Source: Phycisphaera mikurensis NBRC 102666 (lineage in GTDB: Bacteria > Planctomycetota > Phycisphaerae > Phycisphaerales > Phycisphaeraceae). From it: a stretch of DNA of 32,000 bases. Positions 9,785-16,800 of the stretch are shown here, in pieces (positions within the stretch are counted from its first letter, which is position 1; every line of letters begins with the position of its first letter). The stretch spans positions 3,360,001-3,392,000 of the forward strand of contig NC_017080.1 in the NCBI RefSeq assembly GCF_000284115.1, given 5' to 3'. The notes under the pieces are model-generated. The model worked only from the letters and a program-made list of their open reading frames with translations, searched no databases and was not told where the DNA came from. A program made the translations under genes and the position numbers.

Positions 9785-10506
9785 TGCCCCCCGGGGGCTC
9801 CTGGTCGCTTCTGGCGCCAACCGCGGGCCTGGCGGCGATCGGCGCCGGCCTCGGCTTTGGCGCGGCCTGGCCGCGCTCGAACCTCTTCGGCGGCGTCGTG
9901 TCGCGACGGCCCGTGCCGCTGCCGCCGCTCCACGCCGCCGCGCTCACGCTGTGGTGGCGGCCGGGGCGGCGCGGGTGCGGGCTGCTGCTGGACCGCCTGC
10001 TCGACGGCGACCGGCCCGGCCGCTTCCGCGTGTGCGTCTTCGTGGACGCGGCCGACGCCCGGGCCGACGCCCACGCCCTCGAGGAGCTGGCCGACGCCGG
10101 CCACGCCGTCGGCTCCCGCGGCGGCCCCATCGACCGCGCCGCGCTCGCCGAGGGCTACGGCGGCTGGCGTCGCCGCCTCGACGCCGCCGACGACGCGATC
10201 GCCGACGCGACCGGCCGCCGGCCGGTCTTCTTCCGCCCCCCGCGTGGCGTCAAGACCCCGGCGATGCTGCGGGAGGCGGCGGCGGGCGGGCAGGTCGCCG
10301 TCACCTGGGCGCGGCGTCTGCCGCCGCGGCTGCCGGTCGCGCCCGCCGCCCGGTGGCTCGCGGGAGCCGCGGCCGGCGGCGTGCTCGACCTGGGCGCGGA
10401 CCCGCTGCGCGCCGCGGACGGCCTGCCGTTTCTGCTGTCCGGGCTCGCGGTCCGCGGGGTGCGGGTGGTGGGGATGCGGGAGCTGCTGGGCGGGGAGGCC
10501 GCGTGA
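9784..10506 (+). CDS. NodB/polysaccharide-deacetylase-fold protein, probably catalytically degenerate
   Basis: 240 aa, start overlaps MMPL stop (TGATG); 'AALTLWWRPGRRG...GHAVGSRGGPI...VFFRPPRGVKTP' aligns by eye to NodB motifs TFDDGP / GHEIGSHTxxH / FFRPPxG, with metal ligands lost. Confidence 0.65.
   Translation: MPPGGSWSLLAPTAGLAAIGAGLGFGAAWPRSNLFGGVVSRRPVPLPPLHAAALTLWWRPGRRGCGLLLDRLLDGDRPGRFRVCVFVDAADARADAHALEELADAGHAVGSRGGPIDRAALAEGYGGWRRRLDAADDAIADATGRRPVFFRPPRGVKTPAMLREAAAGGQVAVTWARRLPPRLPVAPAARWLAGAAAGGVLDLGADPLRAADGLPFLLSGLAVRGVRVVGMRELLGGEAA
10412..10457. repeat. Dispersed 46-bp IR element, copy 3 (one mismatch in the left arm), inside the deacetylase-like CDS
   Basis: CCGCGGACGG (10412-10421), 26-nt centre, CGGTCCGCGG (10448-10457). 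Confidence 0.7.
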
Positions 10507-10607
10507 ACAAGGCAGGAGCGATCGGATCCCGGCGGAGCGGACGCCGCGGCCGTCTCTTCCGGTTGACGCGTCCCCGGCGCAGGCGGTTCGCCTGTCACAC
10601 TGTGCCC

Positions 10608-11297
10608 ATGCTCGACCTCGCCGCCCCGCCCCGCCTGCCGCTCGTCGCCCCCTCCGTGCTCGCCGCGGACTTCGGCCGCGCGGCCGGGGACGCCGCCGAC
10701 GCCCTCGCCGCCGGCGGCGACCTCCTCCACGTCGACGTGATGGACGGGCACTTCGTGCCGAACCTCTCGATGGGCGGAGGCATGATCGCCGGCCTGCGGA
10801 AGCACCTGCCCGACGCCTTCCTCGACGTGCACCTCATGGTCGAGCGGCCGCACGATTACGTCGGAGCCTTCGCCGAGGCGGGCGCGAACAGCTTCAGCTT
10901 CCACGCCGAGGTCTGCCGCCCGCACCGCGTGCACGGCGTCGACGCCGGCGACCTGATCGCTTCCATCCGCGACGCCGGGATGACGCCCGGGATGGTGATC
11001 AACCCGCCCACGCCGGTCTCGTGGGTCGCCCCTTACCTCGACGGCCTCGGCCTCGTGCTGGTGATGAGCGTCTTCCCCGGCGCGGGCGGGCAGTCGTTCA
11101 TGCCGGAGGTGCTGACCAAGTGCCGCGAGCTGCGGACGCGGCTGCGGCCGACGACGCGCCTGCAGATCGACGGGGGCATCGGGCCGGGCACGGCGTCGGC
11201 GGCCCGCGACGCCGGCGTCGACCTCCTCGTCGCCGGATCGGCCGTCTTCGGCGCAGCGGACCGCGCGGCGACGATCGCCGGCATCCGGGGAGCCTGA
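10608..11297 (+). CDS. rpe: Ribulose-phosphate 3-epimerase
   Basis: 229 aa from ATG 10608; 'VAPSVLAADFGR', 'HVDVMDGHFVPNLSMG', 'DVHLMVERP', 'MSVFPGAGGQSF', 'QIDGGI', 'LLVAGSAVFG'. Confidence 0.96.
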   Translation: MLDLAAPPRLPLVAPSVLAADFGRAAGDAADALAAGGDLLHVDVMDGHFVPNLSMGGGMIAGLRKHLPDAFLDVHLMVERPHDYVGAFAEAGANSFSFHAEVCRPHRVHGVDAGDLIASIRDAGMTPGMVINPPTPVSWVAPYLDGLGLVLVMSVFPGAGGQSFMPEVLTKCRELRTRLRPTTRLQIDGGIGPGTASAARDAGVDLLVAGSAVFGAADRAATIAGIRGA

Positions 11298-11411
11298 CCC
11301 GCCGGTCGCGACACCACGCCCGCTGCGCCCGCCGGACCGACGCGCGGGAACGCCCTTGACCCGCCCCCGCCGCGGCGGATAGACTCCCGCCCTCGCCGCG
11401 GCGGGAACACC

Positions 11412-11482
11412 AGGCCCATGGTGTAACGGTAGCACTAAAGATTCTGATTCTTTCAGTCGGGGTTCGAATCCCTGTGGGCCTA
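11412..11482 (+). tRNA. tRNA-Gln (anticodon CTG), 3' CCA not encoded
   Basis: Acceptor AGGCCCA/TGGGCCT, D arm GTG...CAC, anticodon stem AAAGA/TCTTT with loop TTCTGAT, T arm CGGGG-TTCGAAT-CCCTG, discriminator A. Confidence 0.93.
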
Positions 11483-11708
11483 AGCCGGACCCGCCCGCCC
11501 GCCGGCGGACGCTGTCCCGCTGCGCTGCCGCGGCGGGCCGGGCCGGGCCGGGCCGACGGACGGGTCCGCAAGGTCCGAAAACCTCGGGGAATCCGCCTAT
11601 CCGGACCCTCGGTAGACTCGGCCCGCCGATAACGAACCGTGTTCCGGAGCCGCTGCTCCGCCGCGTTTGGCATCTGAACCCCGCCCGAATCCCGCCCCCG
11701 AGCCGACC

Positions 11709-12335
11709 ATGCCCGCCACGCGCACCTCCCGTTTTCCCGCCGCCACCGTCTCCTGCGCCGGCGGGCTGCTCGCCGTGTCGGTGCTGTGGAGCGCCGGCTG
11801 CCAGGTGGCGCCGCTGCCGGAGGGCTACAACTGGGACCTCAAGAGCACCAGCGACCTGGGCTACGCCGAGACCGGCACCGCCCGTCACCGCAACGGCTTC
11901 AGGGCGAGCCGCGTCGACAGCCGCGACGCCGGCACCGCGCGGGCCGGCCGCACGTACAACTTCGCCTCCGCCCTGCCCGGCACCGAGGCCGAGGCCGCCG
12001 GGGCGCCCGCCGCCCCGCGGCAGCCCGACCTCTCCCCGCCGGCCGCCGCCCCGCAGAACCTCTTCGAGCCCGACCCCGCCGCCGAGCTGTTCGCGAGCCC
12101 CGCCACCGCCCGCCCCGCCTACCGGGTCGGCGTCGCCCCCACCCCGGCCACCGGCCGCCCCGCCTCCGCGGCGCTGCACACCGTCGAGCGTGGCGACAGC
12201 CTCTGGAAGATCGCCGAGCGGCGCTACGGCAACGGCCTCCGCTACGTGGACATCCTCGCCGCCAACCCCGGCATCAACCCCGACCGGCTCACCATCGGCG
12301 ACCGGCTCGTGCTGCCGGGCCTCGCGGGCGAGTGA
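11709..12335 (+). CDS. LysM-domain lipoprotein
   Basis: Lipobox 'LLAVSVLWSAGC', C-terminal LysM 'HTVERGDSLWKIAERRYGNGLRYVDILAANPGINPDRLTIGDRLVLP'. An upstream ATG at 11667 is possible but less likely. Confidence 0.85.
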   Translation: MPATRTSRFPAATVSCAGGLLAVSVLWSAGCQVAPLPEGYNWDLKSTSDLGYAETGTARHRNGFRASRVDSRDAGTARAGRTYNFASALPGTEAEAAGAPAAPRQPDLSPPAAAPQNLFEPDPAAELFASPATARPAYRVGVAPTPATGRPASAALHTVERGDSLWKIAERRYGNGLRYVDILAANPGINPDRLTIGDRLVLPGLAGE

Positions 12336-12351
12336 CCCCGGCGGATCGGGT

Positions 12352-12397
12352 CCGCGGACCGTTGCCGTTTCCGCCCTCGCCGGCCCGCGGTCCGCGG
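12352..12397. repeat. Dispersed 46-bp IR element, copy 4 (intergenic, between the LysM gene and the radC-like gene)
   Basis: CCGCGGACCG (12352-12361), 26-nt centre, CGGTCCGCGG (12388-12397). Confidence 0.9.
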
Positions 12398-12601
12398 CGT
12401 CCCGCTCGGGTGCGCCGGAGGGAGCCGGAGCGACCGCCCGGGAGGGCGCGGGGCCCGGGCCCGGACCTCCGCCTCCGCCCGCGCGCTCGGGACGCGGCCC
12501 GGTCGCGCGGCCGGCGCGGGGCGGGCGGCGGGCGACGCCGCGGGTTTGCGGTTCTTGTTCGGATCGGTAGGCTGCGGCCGCCTTCCTTCCGGAACCCGAA
12601 C

Positions 12602-13612
12602 ATGAACGCGACCCCCAACGGCGTCCTGCCCAAGACGATCCGGGGGCGCTGCGCCCGGGTGCTCAGCTACGTCACCGCCGTGACGCGGGTGGACCCGGCG
12701 CAGGTGCGGGCGGGCGCCGTGCCCGAGCGGCCCGGCTTCGTCACGCGGCTGCTCAACGAGCTCGTCGAGCAGGGCTGGCTGGTGGAGGCCGATCCCGCAG
12801 CGGGCCTCGTGCGGGAGCGGGCGGCCCCGGCGGCCCGCCGCCAGGACCTGTTGCTGCGGTGGAACCGCGCCCGCGGCCCCTTCGACGCCGACGCCTGGCT
12901 CGACGCGAAGCTCGCGGGCGACCGCGTCGCCGAGCGGCCGGCGGGGGAGCGGCCGCGGGAGCGTCTGCTCGAGAGCGGCGTGGGCCTGCTCTCCAACGCC
13001 GACCTGCTCGCGGTGCTCATCCGCAGCGGCCGGCCCGGGGAGTCCGCCATCACCGCCGGCGACAAGCTCTCGCGCGCCTTCGCCGATCGCCTGACCGCCC
13101 TGCCCCACGCCGGCCGCGAGGAGCTCAAGGCGCTCAGCTGCGCCGTCAACATCACCGCCTACTGCGCCATCCTGGCCGGCATCGAGCTCGGCCGTCGCGT
13201 CGCGGTCGCCGCCGAGGCCGAGCCCGCGGCGCAGATCACCGGGACCGCCAGCGCCGTGAACTTCTGCCGCCGCCGCTTCGCTCGGCTCGCCGCCGACGGC
13301 GTGCAGGAGGAGTTCCACCTCGTGACGCTCGACACCCGCCACCACGTCATCGGCACGCACCGCGTCACGGTCGGCACGCTCGATGCCAGCCTCGTGCACC
13401 CGCGGGAGGTCTTCCGGCCGGCCATCCGCGACGCCGCCGCCGCCGTGCTGCTCGTGCACAACCACCCCAGCGGCGACCCCACGCCCAGCCCCGAGGACCA
13501 CGCGGTGACGCGGCGGATGGAGGCAGCCGGCCGCACCGTCGGCATCGACGTGCTCGACCACGTGATCGTCGCCCGCAGCGGGTGCTTCAGCGTGCGGGCG
13601 GGAGCCCGCTGA
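12602..13612 (+). CDS. radC: RadC-family (JAB/MPN domain) protein with N-terminal extension
   Basis: 336 aa from ATG 12602; 'RPRERLLESGVGLLSNADLLAVLIRSG' and 'HNHPSGDPTPSPEDHAVTRRM'. Confidence 0.88.
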   Translation: MNATPNGVLPKTIRGRCARVLSYVTAVTRVDPAQVRAGAVPERPGFVTRLLNELVEQGWLVEADPAAGLVRERAAPAARRQDLLLRWNRARGPFDADAWLDAKLAGDRVAERPAGERPRERLLESGVGLLSNADLLAVLIRSGRPGESAITAGDKLSRAFADRLTALPHAGREELKALSCAVNITAYCAILAGIELGRRVAVAAEAEPAAQITGTASAVNFCRRRFARLAADGVQEEFHLVTLDTRHHVIGTHRVTVGTLDASLVHPREVFRPAIRDAAAAVLLVHNHPSGDPTPSPEDHAVTRRMEAAGRTVGIDVLDHVIVARSGCFSVRAGAR

Positions 13613-13725
13613 TCCGGCGCCGCGGCGGGAGTTCCACGCGGGGCTCCCCCGCCCCGGCAAGCCTCCCCGAGCTCACCCGCGCGCGACTGGCCCCGGGGCC
13701 GGACGTCCCGCCCGCGCCCCGCTGC

Positions 13726-14004
13726 TCACCGCGAGACGAGCTTGTTGAAGCTGCTCTTCTGGCCGTCCGCGGTCTCCTCCTGGTAGAGCAGCGCCAGCCC
13801 GCTCTGGTCGAACTTCTCGAAGAATGCCTCCCACGAGATCTCCTCGAGCCCGTCGCTGTCGCTGTTCTGGTCGTCCGGGAACATGATGCGGATCACGCCG
13901 GCGTCGCCGCCGGCGGTGTCCGAGACCGTCGCCGGCTTGCCGCCGCGGCCCTCCGCCCAGGCCTTGATCTCGTCGTGATCGGTCGTCTTCGTGGAGCTGC
14001 TCAT
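13726..14004 (-). CDS. Small conserved-looking hypothetical protein (92 aa)
   Basis: Start at MSSSTKTTDHDEIKAWAEGRGGKPATV; ends 'EEISWEAFFEKFDQSGLALLYQEETADGQKSSFNKLVSR'. Low-bias composition for the region argues for a real gene. Confidence 0.8.
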   Translation of the reverse strand: MSSSTKTTDHDEIKAWAEGRGGKPATVSDTAGGDAGVIRIMFPDDQNSDSDGLEEISWEAFFEKFDQSGLALLYQEETADGQKSSFNKLVSR

Positions 14005-14198
14005 GCGGGGTTCTAGCGCGACCGAAGCCCGTCGGCACGGCGGGAAGCGGGCAGAGGCCGCGCTCCGCCGCCCGGGCAAAGATGCGAGAAGCCGCGTCAG
14101 GCGTCACGCGGCGGCGGCGGCAACCGCTCCCTCTTTCTCGCCCGCCGGCTTCCGCCCGATCCCTCCCCCGCTCCGCCATGCTCGCGGCTGCGTTCCGC

Positions 14199-14915
14199 TC
14201 ACTTGCCCTTCAGCGTCTTGTCGATGATCTTCTCCTCCGGGGCCCCCAGGCCGAGCAGGACCGGCCGCAGGTCCTCGCTGAAGCCCGGCGGGCCGCAGAG
14301 GTAGAAGTACTGGTCGAAGCTGCCGATCTTCTCCCCGAGGTAGCCCGCGTCGATGCGGCGCCTGTCGGCGAAACCCGTTTCCTCGCCGGTGACCTGGTAG
14401 ATCGCGTCGCGGCCGAGGAGGCCGTCCAGCTCGTCCTTGAGGAACACGTCGGCGGCCGTCGAGTTCGAGAACAGCAGGCGGTAGCCGGCGGTCCCGCCGC
14501 TGCGCTGCAGATCGCGGAGGATCGCGAGGAAGGGGGTCACACCCGCTCCGCCAGCGACGAAGACGCCCGGGCCGCGGTCGTAAAAGTAGCCGCCGGGCTC
14601 GCCCATGAGCAGCGTGTCGCCGACCCCGCAGCCGGACATCCGCTGCGTCATGCCTTCGTGCTCGGGGTAGTGCTTGACGACCCACTCCAGCGTCGCCGCG
14701 TCGGGCAGCGAGCTCATCGTGAAGGGCCGGTCCTCGTCGCGCCAGCCGTCGGCGTCGACCGCCAGGCGGCACGCCTCGCCGGGTCGGAAGGCGTAGCCGT
14801 CGGGCCGGGCGACCGTCCAGGCGGTGACGTTGTGGTTCAGCGGCTGCTTGCCGAGGATGCGGACGCGGTAGCGCCCGTCCTCGGCTCTGGAGACGGCGTC
14901 GGGAGAGTCGGTCAT
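14199..14915 (-). CDS. Ferredoxin/flavodoxin-NADP reductase-like FAD/NAD(P)-binding oxidoreductase
   Basis: 238 aa; 'RPFTMSS', 'GGAGVTPFLAILRDL', 'FYLCGPPGF'. Confidence 0.85.
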   Translation of the reverse strand: MTDSPDAVSRAEDGRYRVRILGKQPLNHNVTAWTVARPDGYAFRPGEACRLAVDADGWRDEDRPFTMSSLPDAATLEWVVKHYPEHEGMTQRMSGCGVGDTLLMGEPGGYFYDRGPGVFVAGGAGVTPFLAILRDLQRSGGTAGYRLLFSNSTAADVFLKDELDGLLGRDAIYQVTGEETGFADRRRIDAGYLGEKIGSFDQYFYLCGPPGFSEDLRPVLLGLGAPEEKIIDKTLKGK

Positions 14916-14939
14916 GCGCGACGGTAGACCGCCGCGGGC

Positions 14940-15119
14940 TCAGTTCGCGGGGCGTCCGCCCGAGGGATCGCGGGCCAGCGGCGCCCGCGGGTTCGGCGAC
15001 TTCTCGGAGGCCGGCGGCTGCTGCAGGTCGGCGTTGTCCTTGCTCTTGCTCGCGGCGTCGGCCACGGTCTGGTCGGCGGGGTCGGCGGGCTGGTCCTTGG
15101 GGGGGTGGTCGAGGCTCAT
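14940..15119 (-). CDS. Small hypothetical protein (59 aa), polar/Pro-Asp-rich
   Basis: MSLDHPPKDQPADPADQTVADAASKSKDNADLQQPPASEKSPNPRAPLARDPSGGRPAN; fits the gap between two minus-strand genes. Confidence 0.45.
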   Translation of the reverse strand: MSLDHPPKDQPADPADQTVADAASKSKDNADLQQPPASEKSPNPRAPLARDPSGGRPAN

Positions 15120-15262
15120 GCCAAGGTCTAGGCGGCTGGGGGCATCGCGGCGCGGCGACGCGGCGGCGCCGGGCGGCCGGGAAGCCGTGCCGGCCGCGGC
15201 CACCCGCGGCGGGCGCACCGACGGATCGCCGCAGCGAGCGGTCGCCCCGCACCGCGGATCCT

Positions 15263-15967
15263 TCAGGCGACGCCGACCGCCAGCACGTCGTACACCGCGT
15301 GCGTCGCCACCGCGATCCCGAAGCCCCGCCCCACGAACAGGAAGCCCAGGTAGGCGCCCGCGAGGGCGTAGAAGAGGAAGCGGGGCCAGGTGAACCCGGT
15401 GACGTCGCCGAAGTGGTACAGGGCGAAGCCCACCGCGGTCAGGAGGATCGCGCCCACCGTCGCGGTCGTCTCCCCGGCCCGGAACACCCCGGCGAGCACC
15501 GTGTGCACGGCGGCGATGCCCAGGAGGCGGAAGACCAGCTCCTCGTAGATGCCGGCGCCGAGGGCGAACACGAAGCCGGCCATCTTCGGGTAACCGTCCA
15601 GCAGCGTGGCGACCCCGTCGCCGCCGCGGACCGCCGCCAGCCCCACCCGCTCGGCGTCGGAGAAGAGCGACCCCAGCAGGAACAGCGGCACCGCCCAGAC
15701 GATCGCCTCCACCACCATCCACGGCCAGAGCTTCGGCTCGGGTGCGAAAGGCTCGCGGTCTCGCGAGGCCGCGTGCATCCCCACCAGCACGCCGATCACG
15801 ACCAGCGGCGGCAGGTGGTAGCCCGTCGCGCCGAAGAGCTCGAAGAACCTGCCCAGGAGGCGCTCCGCGTAGATGGCCGGGAGGCGGTCGCCGCCCTCGG
15901 GCGCGTAGAGGGCGGTCCCGACGCTGTACAGCACCAGCAGCGGCAGCAGGAACCACAGGCACTGCAT
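15263..15967 (-). CDS. CPBP-family (CAAX/Abi-type) intramembrane metalloprotease
   Basis: Start at MQCLWFLLPLL (234 aa); 'GAGIYEELVFRLLGI' (EExxxR), 'FALYHFGD', 'ATHAVYDVLA'. Confidence 0.85.
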   Translation of the reverse strand: MQCLWFLLPLLVLYSVGTALYAPEGGDRLPAIYAERLLGRFFELFGATGYHLPPLVVIGVLVGMHAASRDREPFAPEPKLWPWMVVEAIVWAVPLFLLGSLFSDAERVGLAAVRGGDGVATLLDGYPKMAGFVFALGAGIYEELVFRLLGIAAVHTVLAGVFRAGETTATVGAILLTAVGFALYHFGDVTGFTWPRFLFYALAGAYLGFLFVGRGFGIAVATHAVYDVLAVGVA

Positions 15968-16085
15968 GGGCGCCTGGGAGCGTTCCCAGTAGGAGGTGAG
16001 CGGTCGCGCGGGCACGGGCAGGGGTATAGAGGATGCCCCCCGCCCCCGGGGAGCCCGCGGCGGCTCCGCCGGCGAGGGGGCCGGA

Positions 16086-16430
16086 TCATTCCCGCTCCGA
16101 AGCCATGCGCAGCACGTGCCCGTCGGGGTCTTCCACGCGGATCTCCAGGCCCCAGGGCTTGTTGGTCGGCTCCTGCAGCAGCTTCGCCCCGTGCGCGGCG
16201 AGGTGCTGGTGCATCGCCCGGGCGTCCTCGATGCCCAGGTAGAGCCAGGTGTTCGGGCCGCCCTGCCCGCCGCGGCAGAGGTAGATGCCGTGGCCGTCGC
16301 GGGTGATGTGGGTGAACGCGTCGGTGCCCTTCGCCGAGGCGGAGAAGTGCAGCACGTCGACGTAGAAGCGGAGGCTCCTCGCGACGTCGGCGACGTTGAG
16401 GATCGGGTCGATGTGCTCGATGTGTTGCAT
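16086..16430 (-). CDS. VOC superfamily (glyoxalase/bleomycin-resistance-like) protein
   Basis: Start at MQHIEHIDPILNVADVARSLRFYVDVLHF (114 aa); 'GLEIRVEDPDGHVLRM'. Confidence 0.85.
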   Translation of the reverse strand: MQHIEHIDPILNVADVARSLRFYVDVLHFSASAKGTDAFTHITRDGHGIYLCRGGQGGPNTWLYLGIEDARAMHQHLAAHGAKLLQEPTNKPWGLEIRVEDPDGHVLRMASERE

Positions 16431-16623
16431 GAATGGACCGGGAGACGTGCGGGAGACACCGGCCGCAGCAGAGCGTCGGGGCCACGTGCATCTTGGTCGC
16501 ACGCGGCCTCGGAGGCAAGCACCCAGCGGGACGCGGCCGGCTGCGGGGAGGCCGGGGCGGCAGGCGAGCCGCGGCCGGTCTCGGGGCGGCGGCTCGCTCG
16601 GGGGGGCCCTCCGCGCAGCGGCA

Positions 16624-16797
16624 GCGAAGCGTTAGCCCACCGCGCGCAATTTTCCGATCGCCTCTGCGGGCGAGTCGTGCCCCTCGCTTCGTCGGCTGCA
16701 TCGCCCTGCAGGGGCAGGGCTGCTTCGCCTCCTCACGAGGAACACGACGCGCGGACGCAGGCCGATCGGAAAATTGCGCACGATGCTCTAGCTTCGC
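16624..16797. repeat. ~174-bp imperfect inverted repeat (long hairpin; MITE/REP-like candidate) directly upstream of murA
   Basis: GCGAAGC/GCTTCGC (16624-16630/16791-16797); perfect 17-bp GCGCAATTTTCCGATCG/CGATCGGAAAATTGCGC (16644-16660/16763-16779); GTCGTG/CACGAC (16674-16679/16743-16748); CTCG/CGAG (16683-16686/16736-16739); apical GCCCTG/CAGGGC (16703-16708/16715-16720). Confidence 0.8.
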
Positions 16798-16800
16798 CGG

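Noticed and set aside
11535-11554. Four tandem GGGCC pentamers downstream of tRNA-Gln
   Set aside because: Short low-complexity run in very GC-rich DNA. Too few units to argue for function.
13613-13725. Possible GC-rich stem 'GGCGGGAG...CTCCCCCGCC' between convergent radC-like and 92-aa genes
   Set aside because: Could be a terminator, but the stem is imperfect and there is no U-tract. Such pairings are frequent at this GC content.
15211-15252. Possible degenerate element 'GGATCGCCGCAGCG...CACCGCGGATCC'
   Set aside because: Only the outer GGATC/GATCC pair matches. Arms and spacing do not fit the 46-bp family.
15624-15633. Solitary CCGCGGACCG arm inside the CPBP protease gene
   Set aside because: No CGGTCCGCGG or near match at the +36 position (15660-15669). 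One isolated occurrence in 32 kb is about what base composition predicts.
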